DNA of 64,000 nucleotides from Epithemia pelagica. Its lineage: Eukaryota; Protista; Bacillariophyta. The stretch covers positions 1,798,001 to 1,862,000 of the forward strand of contig OX337236.1 of NCBI GenBank assembly GCA_946965045.2. Direction: 5' to 3'. The notes below the pieces were generated by a model. That model was not told the origin of the DNA, ran no database searches, and worked only from the letters and a program-made list of their open reading frames with translations. Numbering within the stretch: the first letter of the stretch is position 1; the number at the start of each line of letters is the position of its first letter. A program made the translations under genes and the position numbers. Of this stretch, positions 1-12,370 are shown in pieces.

Positions 1-404
1 GTGGCACTATGGGGGTAAGTGGTAATAGGGCATAGCATCAATAGGATAGCCTAAGTAACACTATTCCCCGAGCATGAATACATAAAAAAGATCAAACATT
101 CATCCATGGCAAATAGCTAGATTTATTGTCAAATGCGGGAGCTCTGGATCAAATGTGTCGACTTCATCCGTCATATGGGTGTTACCGAATCATTATAGAT
201 AATGAAGGTCTTGTCCTCCCGAGCAAGTCACAAAAGACCGTTGCGGTGGCTCTTCGTGGAGTTTCGTACTTTGGAAAGATGACGTTGCATGAATCATCCT
301 TCACACCCTTGACCGTGGGTTTTCGTCCCATTGGTGCTCCTATTGAATGAGACTTCTTCTCATACCAAGATGCGAAGCCACACATGGCTTGACCGATCGG
401 CAAA

Positions 405-1814
405 CTACGGATCACTCAAAAGGGGAACTTTGGATTCTGCCATCTTCTTGGATTTGGAGTGTGGCGAAGAAGGCAAACACGCATATGTACAGCAAAGTCC
501 CAAGAGCAAAACCTCAATTCCATCCAACACCCTTCCTGCCTTGGGATGATCAATCCATAATAAACAAAGAGATATACCACAAAGACCGATACCCCCCAAT
601 CGAATCCGAAGCAAGTACTGCAGTCTCTGCGTCCAAGCTTGATTCAAGCCTTCCCGTTTCTTCCAATCTTCGTCTGCTTGAAATTCGGCTTCGAAAGAGG
701 CAGCTTGGGCATCCATATCGGCCATTAGTTTGGCCACATGCTCTTCTCCTCGGTCCTCAATGATTTCAAGTTCCATACTCCGCCGAAGAACGGGATCTTT
801 GAGCGTCTGAATAAGGTGTCTTTTCCCGCGTTGTCGCTGCGTCTCACCGGCCATGAGGCGTCGTTGCAATCCCGAAAGTGCCATGCACGAAAGTGCAATG
901 TACAACCATAGGACGATATCCGCCACTGGCATATCCCACTGAAATTCCATCTCTTCCATCTTTTCAGCAGCTGCATCCAGTGCTCGACGACAGGACTGCG
1001 ACAGTAGCATATCCGAACGATAGAGTTGCCGAATGCATTCACTCTTTTCCACTCCTCCCACCGAGAATGGAAACTCTGGAAGCGGATTCAGCGATTTGGG
1101 TTCCATACCTACCTTCGCCACAGCCTGGTCCAAAACTTGATCCAAAATGTCCACGACCTCGTTGGTTTGGGACCGTCCCTCTGGAGATGACAAGACAGCC
1201 TCGTGGATCATTGTTCGGAGTTCTTCGATTGAGAATTCACCCACCGGTACATGGACTTGTTCTGGCAAGAGGATCAGTTTGCCATCCAGTAAGCCTGCTT
1301 TCTCGTTCGCGAAACTCACAGCAATCAACACTTCAAAGAGAGATGACAGAAAGACCAACATTGCCCGAGATCGCACACTCAAAGTAGAGATGAATCGCGA
1401 GTTGACATGGGGTCTTCCCTGTAGGGCAAATTCATACCGCGAACTGCCCTGAGGGTTTTGTGCTATTCGATAATCGTTGAATATTTGTTGCATGGATAAT
1501 GCGATTACATCGGCCATGACTTCTTTCTTTTCATTGAGAGTATCCGGTTGAGATACGATCATATGGGGTATCGGGCAGGAACTCGAATACATGAATGGAC
1601 TGATCAAGGAGAAGAACGGATTGGGAATCACATGCTCGGCACAATCCTTATAGTCTTGCATCAATAACAGAGATAGAAATTTGGCTTTGCCCTTGGAGTC
1701 CACCTGATCTTTGAAGATTCCAAAACGATACATGGAGGGCAATTTGCAAAAGGCATCGACATCTACTCGACACTGATCCACCAACGTAAGGGATAATTTG
1801 TGAGCATTCTCCAT
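405..1814 (-). CDS. Hypothetical protein (~470 aa) with hydrophobic C-terminal segments
   Basis: Long uninterrupted ORF (405..1874); first ATG (MENAH) at 1814; no recognisable motif. Confidence 0.5.
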   Translation of the reverse strand: MENAHKLSLTLVDQCRVDVDAFCKLPSMYRFGIFKDQVDSKGKAKFLSLLLMQDYKDCAEHVIPNPFFSLISPFMYSSSCPIPHMIVSQPDTLNEKKEVMADVIALSMQQIFNDYRIAQNPQGSSRYEFALQGRPHVNSRFISTLSVRSRAMLVFLSSLFEVLIAVSFANEKAGLLDGKLILLPEQVHVPVGEFSIEELRTMIHEAVLSSPEGRSQTNEVVDILDQVLDQAVAKVGMEPKSLNPLPEFPFSVGGVEKSECIRQLYRSDMLLSQSCRRALDAAAEKMEEMEFQWDMPVADIVLWLYIALSCMALSGLQRRLMAGETQRQRGKRHLIQTLKDPVLRRSMELEIIEDRGEEHVAKLMADMDAQAASFEAEFQADEDWKKREGLNQAWTQRLQYLLRIRLGGIGLCGISLCLLWIDHPKAGRVLDGIEVLLLGLCCTYACLPSSPHSKSKKMAESKVPLLSDP

Positions 1815-2425
1815 ATGACGCTTAATTGCTTTTGGGTTTCCAATGTGGTGGAGAACGTAGGAGCATAGAAACAATCATGAGTGCAAGGGAGAGCGACGAC
1901 CATTACGCGGAAGTAGCACAACATGTGCGTTACGACGTTTGGATAATCTCTCACGTACCACTGTCTGTTTCGGCAAGGTGGGAAGACCCAATGTTTGTAC
2001 GAAATCCCAAAACAACCAGCAACAGGATCAGAAACAGGCACCATTCTTTCTCATGCACCAAGAACGTTCTCTCATGGTTTCGGACGTTCATCGTCGCTCG
2101 AATGAAAAGTTGAGGACTTGAGAAAAAAATGAATCACGCTGTCCCGCGTGATAGGAACAGATCGCTTAGTCATGTTTAGGTCGCGTTTAGGTCGTGTTTA
2201 TTTCATTAAAAAGGGTTTGCAGAAAGATTGTACGCCATGTACAATACTATAGATTAGAATAGTCGCAGGAAGAACAGACTGCAACAGATGGTTGCTGCCA
2301 ATTGCCAAACGCCGCCAAGTTTTTTGGTGATCTTTCGGAATCTTCTTTCACAATAAACCAAGAGAGCGTAAAAATTAGGTGGAAATGACCTCACTGCAAT
2401 CCACAATCAACTAAAGACGAGACGA

Positions 2426-3814
2426 ATGGTGAACAAGGACGTTGTCGAAGAGACTCAACACGAGCTGGATGTGGCTGTCAGTCAAGCGCTTCGGTGGTTT
2501 GACAAGCGCCATCACCAGCAGAAGGTCAGCAAGACTAGCGATCGAGCAAGACACTTGTACCTGGATTTCCGACATTTGGTGATTAGCCATGGCATTGATG
2601 TCGACGAGCTGTCAACGCGTATTCGAGCCAAAGTTCCAAGCGATGTGCCCATTCACATGTCTCTCAAGTGTTGTCGAATGGACGATGGTGGTCTCGAGGT
2701 GATGGAGACCTTTCTGCGCAATCTACCCAACGTGACGTTCATCAATGTAACGTGGCTATGGTTTGATTATTGTGAAATCTCCGAGGTTGTACAAGCAGCA
2801 ACTCAATTGAAGGAACTAGAACTGCCATTTGGAAACAAGCCGGGCATCGGAGAGGTGCTTCGAGCTTGTAGTGCGTGTGAGCTGGAAGATCTTCGTTTCC
2901 ATTCGTGTGGCTCATCAATTGAAGCCGAGTACGTTTCGGAATTACTCCGAGAGCTGCCTTTGCTAAACTGTTTAAAGACGGTCTCCTTTCTATCCTTTGA
3001 ATGCAATGATGAATGTTTTGAGGTGCTTGCAATCGGATTAATGAATTTGAGAAGGCCATTGGAAAAGCTCCAGTTGTCTTGTGTGGGTGGTCTGGAGGAA
3101 GCGTCTCTCCCCATTTTGGCAAAACTGATTCGGGGAATGCCAGCGGAGACTCAACTTTCCATTCGAATTCGGGAGACACCTGCACTCTTTCAAAACGCTT
3201 CTCGAAACGACATTGAGCAGTTTCTACAGTCTGTCCAAATGCAACGCTCACTAAAATGGTTGGAGCTCGATCATGTCGGAATGTCCAGTACCCATACAAC
3301 TCGACTCTTTCGTTCTTTGGAAGCGCCGAAAAAGAGCCCATCCGAGGCTGCCGTTGTGAGTCTCTGTGGTCCATTTCTTCTTCATGGAAAATCAGCATTT
3401 GGACAGTTGCTCAAGAGTATCCCTCGAATGCGCACAGTGGAATGCTTGGCAGTCATTGATACACATTGCAATCTCAATCAAGTCCTCACTGGACGCAGCA
3501 AAACCAACCAAGCCAGTCATGACGAGCTTGTGACGGCCGCTGTACATGGGAACCCTGAATTGCAACATTTATCGCTACTCATAGGGGATGACTCCGTCTT
3601 TCCGTCATCGTTGGATGAGGTGTTGGAACGCAATGCGAGTTTGGCCACGGCACGAGAAACGATATCCAATGCCTTTACCGAACGAAAACAATTCCCAGTG
3701 GCATTGTGGCCTCGTGCCATGGAAACAATCGCAGCCAAAGGAGGCAAGTTCGGAGCTGATCCAGTCTACTTGCTCCTCGAACATTTGTTTGCCACGTTGA
3801 CCAACAAGTCGTGA
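2426..3814 (+). CDS. RNI-like leucine-rich-repeat protein (diatom-expanded type)
   Basis: 462-aa ORF with LxxLxL repeats (LKELELP, LEDLRFH, LEKLQLS, LKWLELD, LQHLSLL) and a C-terminal VALWPRAM...VYLLL tail typical of diatom LRR families. Confidence 0.7.
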   Translation: MVNKDVVEETQHELDVAVSQALRWFDKRHHQQKVSKTSDRARHLYLDFRHLVISHGIDVDELSTRIRAKVPSDVPIHMSLKCCRMDDGGLEVMETFLRNLPNVTFINVTWLWFDYCEISEVVQAATQLKELELPFGNKPGIGEVLRACSACELEDLRFHSCGSSIEAEYVSELLRELPLLNCLKTVSFLSFECNDECFEVLAIGLMNLRRPLEKLQLSCVGGLEEASLPILAKLIRGMPAETQLSIRIRETPALFQNASRNDIEQFLQSVQMQRSLKWLELDHVGMSSTHTTRLFRSLEAPKKSPSEAAVVSLCGPFLLHGKSAFGQLLKSIPRMRTVECLAVIDTHCNLNQVLTGRSKTNQASHDELVTAAVHGNPELQHLSLLIGDDSVFPSSLDEVLERNASLATARETISNAFTERKQFPVALWPRAMETIAAKGGKFGADPVYLLLEHLFATLTNKS

Positions 3815-4112
3815 GTGTTTTGGAGAAAACCAAACAACTTGTAAGAGAGGAGTCTACGCATTCCAATGAAAAAAAACTTTAGAGAAGATGCATTGCTCAT
3901 ATAATACACTCTCATCTGACATTCATTCACCGGCCTTTCCATGTGTACTTTGGACGACTCAGTGCGAAAGTAGATAGCATACAACCTAAAATGACGCGCG
4001 TGCGAGAGGGTATCTACAGCATGGCAAGCCTACGGTATCTGTCAGAGTAGGAATTGATGAACTCTATATGTAGAGTGACCTCTCTTCTAAGCGAACCTAA
4101 ACAGTGTTGTTC

Positions 4113-6148
4113 TTACTCGGCAACGCTTTCATGTAAGAGGGCGCATTCAAGCTTGATAACTTTGATGGCCTTTTCCACTGCCACACGATCCATGGCTGCT
4201 TTCTTCCAATCTTGAATCACAAAGGCAGTCTGTCCTTGGAGTTTCTCCAACTCGTCAATCGCCGCATTGAGTTCACCCAGTTGCACATATTTCCTTGCTC
4301 GTGCCAAAACATATTCGGCGTTATTGGGTTGGTCCGACGGCGGTGGATCATCGGGTTGAGGAGGATACTTGAGCGATGCAAAGAGCATTCCTGCCAGTTG
4401 TCCATCCAAGCCGGGACGTCCTGGAGGTACCAATGCCGCTTGCCGACACGTCGAATAATTATCCTCAAATTTGGTCTGCAACTCTGACAATGTTGGTACA
4501 CCGTCCGATGTCACCGACTCGGGGAGAGTTCGAACAACCGTGGCAATGACGCCGTCTTGACCTGCTGCAGTTTTCAACGCCTTCACTTCTCTGGATGCTG
4601 GTGTATGAGTTTCCAGCACCTCCGAAAGGGCCAGGGCTGCCGCAGATAACTTGTGCGCCTGAGAGGATCCCTGCTGAGTCCTCTGTGACGCCTCCAGGGC
4701 AGCTTCCAGTTTTCTCAACTTCTCCGATAATGATGCCAATGTAGTCACCTTGTCTTGAAGATCCTTCTCCATCTTTTGTTTATACTCGGCCATTTGTTCA
4801 CCATATTGCTTGTTCAAGGCAGTTTGAGTTTCGGCTTGAAATTTTTCGGCAAAAGCCTCCTTATCTTGGTTATGTTCTTCTTGTTGAGCCTCCAGTGCAG
4901 CGTTTACCACTGTTTGAATGGCGGCATCTTTTTGATTCAAGGCCTCCCTTAATTGTTGATGAAAGGCGGCGTCCTGTTCCCGCAATCGTTGCGCCAAAAG
5001 GTCCTCAAACTGCAAACGCTGCTTCTGAAGAACATCTTGGTACCTAAATATCAACAGAATTTCGATGAACGCATTGAGAGGATGGGAAATCCTGGATCAT
5101 ACAAAGTTCATTCTTCATGACACACTTACTCCTGTGCTGTTTCCTTTTCCTTCAAGGCCAAAAACTCTTTGAGACGAACAGCCTCCCATTGCGTTCGATC
5201 TTTCATCTCGGTGGCCAACTGGACAACACGAGCTTTTAGCTGTGAGGTTGACAAGGAATCTAAATCAGCAAAAAAAGTGGCATCCATTGAGGTCCACAGG
5301 GATTGGTGCGATTCAATAAGAGATTTGGCGGCGGCCTCCGTTGAAGAGCTCTGTAGTTGCTCAATGGCCTGTTTGGTCGTCGAAGTGTCAGTAACGTCCA
5401 CTACAGGAGCTTTCTCTTCCTTCGAAACTACCGGCTCAGGTTCTTCCACCGTGACTGGTTCAGGCGATGTGCCCTCGCTGGAAGACGATTCGCTCATCAC
5501 AACAGCAGGCATCTCTCCCTGGTCTCCCGCATCCTCTCCTGGAGTGGAGCTTGCTTCACCTGTCATATCAGCAGCTTGAACCTTTTCATCATCGCTTACT
5601 GCGGATGATTCTTCAATGGACGGTGTCTCCACGGAACTGACTTCCTCTGGACTTGGCTCGGTGGAGGGCTTTGCTTCTTCCACAGTGGTCTCCGGAGCAG
5701 GACTTTCAACGACTGTAGGTTGTGATGGTTGCTCAGGTTTTGAGGAATTCCAGGGGAACTTGCTCGCAAAGTCGTCGTCCGTGTAATACATGTACGCTCC
5801 GCCACCGACCACAGCTGCCGTTCCGACCAACAAGATTGGTGTCATACTCCCTCCTCCTCCACCACCACCACCACTACTTGGAGCGGCAGCAGTTGGTGGT
5901 GGTGTCGGTGGAGTTGGTGGTGACGGTTTTGAGAATTTTCCCGGAGGAACACCTCCTCGAGGAAGCTTGCCGGGCGGTGGGCGATTGGTCCTGGAAGGTG
6001 GAGGAGGTGATCCACCTCGTAGTTGTCGCTCACCCAGCGGTCGTTTGTTGGTGGAAGAGGTCGTTGTGCCACCGGCCATCATTGTTCGCCGACCACCTCC
6101 TGAACTCAACGTCTTGCAACGTTGGAAACGTACCCCATACCGCCACAT
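4113..6148 (-). CDS. MIC60: MICOS subunit Mic60 (mitofilin), 2 exons: 5130..6148 and 4113..5043
   Basis: Basic mitochondrial presequence, TM segment (ILLVGTAAVVGGGAYMYY), coiled coil and C-terminal mitofilin domain (LARARKYVQLGELNAAIDELEKLQG...DWKKAAMDRV). GTAAGT..TTTAG intron 5044-5129 joins the two ORFs in frame (ETAQE|YQDVL). Confidence 0.9.
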
Positions 6149-6460
6149 TTTTTATTCGTCTTTCAAATCGTGGACACTTTCAACACACGAGAAAGAGCGA
6201 GGGATCCTATGCCTTGTGTCGTATCTCGATGCCGTTCGAGATGCGAATGCCGACATCCAAAATCCAAATGCAACTTAAAGTCAAAGCGCACAGCGATCTT
6301 TTGCTGCCGGCCGGGCTGTAGACGGACCAAACCACTGCCCACGCTCCAAAGTTCGTCCTCCACTCCATCCGCTGATCCATTATGACGTGTTGCTGTTGTG
6401 GATGACTTCTCAAGTCTCAAGTGCAACATTGTGCTTCATTTCCTTTCTCCCACACATTTG

Positions 6461-7117
6461 ATGAGAGAATCCATACAACAGTGCATCATGTCAGTGTGGA
6501 GAAGGGGGTCATTCACGAGAGGAAGATTGATGGGACGGCGGATGGAGCTTCTATCTCTTACCACCACATCAGATGTCACAAATTCAGAACCGAACCACGG
6601 TCCACAACGGCGGTCCTTTTCGCTGTTGATTCAACCAATCCACCGCAATTCACCACACCTGTCATTGGTCTGTCCCCCCACTATCAGCTTTGACCGAAGC
6701 CGCTCGCCCACGTGGATTCTCACAAATGGTGGTAGACACGGAGCACCTCGCATGAGGCGATATTTTTACTCGGAAGCGGAGTATCACAAGGTGGCCGATG
6801 CAACGTTGGAATCTCTCATGGATGCCGTGGAATCCGTGTTGGAATCTTCCGACGTGAGCGAGGATGAAAACTTTGAAGTCAATTTGGCTGCCGGAGTGCT
6901 GACGATACAAGTTCCACCGCATGGGACATGGGTCATCAACAAACAAACACCCAATCAACAATTATGGTGGTCCTCTCCCCAATCAGGACCCAAACGATTT
7001 GAATACGACGAATCGTCCAATTCCTGGGTTCCGACCAAGGATGGAATGGGACTTGTCGATCTCCTTTCAAACGAAATATCACAAATGATTGGGGAGCCTG
7101 TGGAACTAGAGGTTTAA
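6461..7117 (+). CDS. FXN: Frataxin (CyaY/Yfh1), mitochondrial
   Basis: GVLTIQVPPHGTWVINKQTPNQQLWWSSPQSGPKRFEY is the frataxin signature; Arg/Ser-rich N-terminal extension; exact start ATG uncertain (6398/6461/6488). Confidence 0.92.
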   Translation: MRESIQQCIMSVWRRGSFTRGRLMGRRMELLSLTTTSDVTNSEPNHGPQRRSFSLLIQPIHRNSPHLSLVCPPTISFDRSRSPTWILTNGGRHGAPRMRRYFYSEAEYHKVADATLESLMDAVESVLESSDVSEDENFEVNLAAGVLTIQVPPHGTWVINKQTPNQQLWWSSPQSGPKRFEYDESSNSWVPTKDGMGLVDLLSNEISQMIGEPVELEV

Positions 7118-7309
7118 GGTACTCAGACGGAAGGATACTACTCCTACCGCTCCATGCGTCGTTCTTTCGGCAACCGTGACACAGCAATGTACAGTTCGTC
7201 ACCCCCTCCGCTCTCTAGTAGGTAGTTTCAACGCTAGTTCTAAGCTGCACGTTCCACCTCCGTCTATTCGTTTCCTCCATTTACCCCGTGCCATGTGCAA
7301 GGATGGTGT

Positions 7310-9236
7310 TTAGCCGTTGAGAAGATCATCTAGATCATCATCGTCACCCCAATCATCACTGGAACTTTTCGCCAATGGAACGGCGCCCAATGTGCGTGTG
7401 GTGGTGGTTGGTTTGGATTTTTTGGTAAATGTGGGTTTGGCCGAGAGTCCCATGTCGGAAAAAATGTCATTGGCGGGTGGCTTTGGTTTCTGCGGTGGCT
7501 TTGGTTTTTGGTAACTACTGGAAGCGACTGATAATGTGGTTGGTCGACTACTACTCCCTGGACTCGTGCGGGTGGTGGGTGGTTTCGGCACGGTGGTGGT
7601 TGTTCGCGCACTGGAAGAGGGCGACAATCGAATCGACGACGTTGGGGATGCCGGGACACGAGACATTTCCATATCACCCGAACGACTCGAACCAATGTCG
7701 TCTCCCCATCCCCAATCGTCAGTGTCGTTCGAATCTCCAGGATCATTTGTCGAACTGTCATTTGTGCAACAGGGAAACAAGAAGCATTGTTGTCAGGCAA
7801 ACCAACCACAAAACGGGTCAACGATACTGGACCTCCCATACTTTTTTCCAAACTTACAGTCCATGATATCTGCTTTCTTGCTGTTGCGGTCGAAACATGG
7901 AGGACGTGGGGGCGGCCCTCGTATGTTTGCTGGGGTCTGCCACGCCGCCTCCAGTGGTACCACCACCACTTTTGCAACACATGCGGCACACGGCAAAGAC
8001 AATCACAATGGCAATGACACCAATCATTTCGGTAGATCCAAACGGTAAGGACGATTCTTCCGTGTAGTCTTGTGACCCACTGCTACTACTACACATTTCG
8101 TCCAGAGACGGCAAATCATTATTACTTGGATCCTTCAAGATACAAATGAACACGTTTTCATCCAAGGGTTCCCATCGACATGTTTTGGTGGTGCTTCCCT
8201 CTTGCGTGCCCGCTGCTGTTTTACAGTCTTGACAAGATAAGGCGTCCTGACAAAAGTCCGTGACGGGATTGTTGTCAGTTGGTGCCTTGGATGGAGGTGG
8301 AGTGTCGTTTTTGGTTGTTGGCGCTTCGGAAGGAGGTGGTGTGTCGTTTTTGGCTGGCGCTTTGGAGGGAGGTGACGTGTCGACTTTGGCTGGCGCGTTT
8401 GTTGGATCTGCTGTTTTGGTTTTCATGGGTGCTTTGGTTGGACTGGGTGTCTCGGGAGCTTTGGTCGGTGCTGGAACAGGTGCCTTGGTTGGTTCTTTGG
8501 TCGGTGGTGGTGGTACTCCAGTGCCCGGTCCCTTGGAGCTGGGTGGCACGGTGGTGGTGGTTGGTGGTGGTCCACTCTTTGGTGGTGGAGATGCGGGACT
8601 ACTACACATGTCCAACAACGGTCTCACGGCGGCTTGGAGTGTGGTGAGTTGACACACATAGATTGGTGCGGCACCGAAACCTCCCCAAGAACCTGCTGGA
8701 ACCCATTGACAGGTATTCGTGGGATCATTCTTGTGGACCGCAAGTGCGGCATACGTACACAAATCACAGGTGTCTGCCGCGTCGCAAGACTGGACAGTGA
8801 CCATGCCGGGAGTCTTTGGTGGCACATTGGGTGGTGGATTGCCTTTGGCGGGTGGATCCGTAGTGGGTTCCGGAGGAGCCGCCACAGGAGCCTTCGTAGG
8901 CAGTGGCGTCTCCACCGGAGTAGGATCCGTTGGTTGTTTCGGAGTGGTGGGAGGATTGGTTGGTTCATTTTCTTGAAGATATCGTCGAGCCAAGGTATTT
9001 GTCATTGATCCACGCACACCATTCTCCTTGGCTTGTCGTCGTCGTCTCGTTGTTCCCTGGGCCAACGACGAACCGGAAGCTTCCGAAAAGGCTATCATGG
9101 CAATGGCGAGTGTGACGACCAGTGGTCCTGCTCCACGAAATGGTATTCTTCCACAAGTCGAATTCTCATGGACCCTGCTGCTTCTTGAAGAAGTGCATTG
9201 TTGAGTGTGAGGCTCATGGTTGGCTCGAAGCATCAT
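7310..9236 (-). CDS. Type I membrane protein with Pro/Thr-rich ectodomain, two Cys-rich modules and an acidic Trp-motif tail; 2 exons (7858..9236, 7310..7754)
   Basis: GTAAGT..GACAG intron 7755-7857 fuses ORFs 7854..9236 and 7310..7780 in frame (YHGL|STNDP). Signal-like hydrophobic stretch, TM MIGVIAIVIVFAVC, tail with YHGL, DDWGWGDD and DDWGDDDD. Start codon uncertain. Confidence 0.75.
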
Positions 9237-9667
9237 TTTTTTTAAAAATGAAAGTACTTCCTCTCGTCTGGAAGAGCTTCCGCTCCAACACGTCCTTCTT
9301 CCTTTTGCGTGCTTGATATGTCTTGGAACGATATTGGGGCCAAAGGCCGTAAGGAAGGCGTCAGTAAGTAAAAATAGGGGAAGGACAAAAGGATGGTTGC
9401 GTCCTCAGTCCTCAGTGTGGTGGTGTCTTTGGTTGTTGTTCTTGTCGTCGTTGTCGTCGTTCGCACGAATGCACAACTTTTTGAATTTGGGGGGTTCTTT
9501 CGGCACTACCGAGCGTGATCGACCCCTTGACTTTCGCCCCCGGGGTAAGCCTATCAGACCCAGTCTTTCGGGGGTCGGGGAAAGCGGCGCTTCGTGTGAC
9601 TGTGATGCCCCCCACACACGATCCAGATCGGAATCGGACCCAACAAAACGGGAGGGAGATACCTACC

Positions 9668-11226
9668 ATGGTGAAACAAACACCGGTTCAGGCGGCTTAT
9701 CAAAAGCCAGGAGAAAAGAGCAACAAGTAAGAATCGTTGCCTGCAACGCGAGGAGTTGCTGTCATCTATTCGGGGTCATTTTTAGATACAAGAATGGATG
9801 ATGTTGTGCAGGGTCATTTTGCTCACTCGTTTTGCTCGTTTCGGTTTACATTGTGGTCGTGTGTCTCTTTTGGTGTTTGTGGTAATGTTACCCTCAACCT
9901 CAATTTTTCTGTTTCAGAGATGGCGGATATGCCGCATGCTGTGGACGCTTTGCCACATTTGGCTTGTTCATTGTTGTGGCCTTGTTCCTAATGACGTTGT
10001 CAAATGATACCAAAGCCATGGAAGAAGGTATTTACGAGGGGGAAGAGGAGCATGTGGGCCAAGAGTACCGTCCCACCCACAGTAATGAAACCTCGCACTA
10101 CACATATACTGTCGGTCCCAATGGCGCGAAACCTCTTGCACCAGGTGAGGTACTCGAGAACCCCAACGTGGACCCTTACAACAACAATGGTGGTACCTAC
10201 GGATCGCCGGGCATGAATACCGGGAACAACGCGTACAATCCTGATCCCTATACGGGGCTTCGAGGAAGCACTGGTGAAACCGAACAGCAAATGTCGGATG
10301 TAGTCGACGTTGCAATTGACGCGATTGGGAAAGCGGAAGAAGCAGAAGTGAAGAAGGAGGAAACGATGCTTGGTTCTATTTTGGGGAGTATGAGTGGTAG
10401 TATCAAGTCTGGTTTGGCCTCTCTCCTCGGAAAGAACTCAAATGATGCAGAAGTCCAGGCAATTGCACAAGAGGTGGAAACGAAACTGAAAGTGGAGGTA
10501 GACGAGGAACTTGAAGAAGATGCAGAGGAAATTAAGGACACAATCGTAGGAAAGATTGAGATGGGAGCCGAGATGGAAGATGAGTATAATGTGGACATGA
10601 AAAAGATTGAAGATGATGTGAAAGACCATGAGAAAACAGCCCTGGTGGAGGTCCGACAAGAGATTGATGAAAAGGCGCACGAAATTCAAGACACACTTGC
10701 GTTCAAAACAGCAATGGTCGAAAAGGACATTCTAGAAAAGCGTCTCTCGAATCAGCTGGGGTACCAAGTCAAGCTCACCGTTGTGAATGATCATGTCGAG
10801 GGGGTGCAAGAAGCACTTCAGCGTGGACAAGGTCAGCCGTATGGCAACAACTACCTCCCAGGACAAGGAATGTACAACCCTTATTATGGCTACCAACCAC
10901 CCGGTGGTGCAGGTTATCAGCCGCAGCCAGGTGGAGCAGGCTATCAACCACAACCAGGTGGAGCAGGCTATCAACCACAACCAGGCGGAGCAGGCTATCA
11001 ACCACAACCAGGTGGAGCAGGCTATTCACCACAGCCGGGAGGAGCAGGCTATCAACCACAGCCAGGAGGAGCAGGCTATCAACCGCAGCCAGGAGGAGCA
11101 GGCTATCAACCACAGCCAGGAGGAGCAGGCTATCAACCACAGCCAGGAGGAGCAGGCTATCAACCACAGCCAGGTGGTGCAAGTGGTTCAGGAGTTGGTG
11201 GATACAATCCCCAGGGAGGGAACTAA
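9668..11226 (+). CDS. Type II membrane protein with acidic coiled region and C-terminal GYQPQPGGA repeats; 2 exons (9668..9726, 9918..11226)
   Basis: GTAAGA..TTTCAG intron 9727-9917 gives MVKQTP...SNK|DGGYAACCGRFATFGLFIVVALFLMTL in frame with the 420-aa ORF. Confidence 0.75.
10912..11181 (+). repeat. 10 x 27-bp coding tandem repeat (GYQPQPGGA)
   Basis: Unit ggctatcaaccacagccaggaggagca repeated 10 times, with mostly synonymous variation. Confidence 0.95.
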
Positions 11227-11350
11227 TTTGTTCGATGAACCTTTTCATGTGTCATAGATAACGACCGTATATTTCAACATTACATTCAGATTCTATCCGT
11301 TCTATCCATCTCAAATCTCAAATGGAGTTACTCTTTCAAACGTCATAGCC

Positions 11351-11864
11351 CTAGGGGAAAAATTTGATTCCATCTTCTTCCGAGGTTTCACCTTTGAATA
11401 TGGTACATTTTCCTCGTTGCTCCACAATTGATAGGGCTCTTCTCAAAAGCTCCTCATCTGCCCCTTGAAATGACATACCGTTCACATCTTCGCCCGAGTG
11501 AAGCTCGTAGACTGTGCAAACAGAATTGATGTATCCATTTTTTTCTGCCCATTGATAAATGTCAGTTGCTAATTGCTCAGGTTTTCGCCACAAGATGCGA
11601 GCTACAGTTCTATTTTCATCTTGCCATTCGCCATGACCACTCTGACAAAAATCGTCCATGACGGTTTGAATCTCATTGGGTTGGAGCTGTCGTTGAATAC
11701 TGGTGTTCTTCCATAAAGGACATTCGTGCACCACCAATGTTTTTATTTTGAGTTGAGTGTGATAGTTAAGAATAAGCTCTCGCCACAGGGCCAATTGTTT
11801 CTCTCTGGTAGCCAAGACTGGCTGTATTGTGAAGAAGGGAGGGAACGAGTAAAACTCGGGAAAC
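11351..11864 (-). CDS. VPS25: ESCRT-II subunit Vps25 (main exon; short first exon unresolved)
   Basis: FPEFYSFPPFFTIQP...EKQLALW...CTVYEL...GIKFF; TTGCAG acceptor directly before TTTCCCGAG. Confidence 0.9.
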
Positions 11865-12370
11865 TGCAACAATAAATGAACAAGGAATAACATAATCAAA
11901 TCAGTATGAGGAACCCACGCGGCACCTTCACAACGAAAGCCACATTCATGCCTTCACTTTTACACAGGAAAATCATTGTCAAACACAAACGGACCTGAAA
12001 CTTCGTCTTGCTCATTGTCGGGTCTCTTTGGTATTTATTTGTCGTTGTTTTTTTTCCTCAAAGAAAATGGTGGCCTTTTGGTCGCTCAACCGAATAGCGT
12101 AGCTATGTGGGGGTTTGGAGTTTGGCTATGGGGTATTCCTACTGTTGAGAGAGAGGGGACTACATATAGGAGATTGATCTTGGAACCAAACACTTCAGTG
12201 CTAATCGAAGATCATGCATGAACCTTGGGCTTGTGCACTAGAAAGGGTATCACGAGATGCTATGAATTTGGGAGTATGAACTACTACACTGTGAAACAGT
12301 AAACACAAATGATGGCGTGAAAAGAATGACGGCCGCATCGTGACGATAGATAGAAAACGCGTCCCGGAAA

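Noticed and set aside
10912-11181. Regular 27-bp repeat array as a possible CRISPR
   Set aside because: No unique spacers, the unit is a multiple of 3 inside a eukaryotic coding exon, and there are no cas genes.
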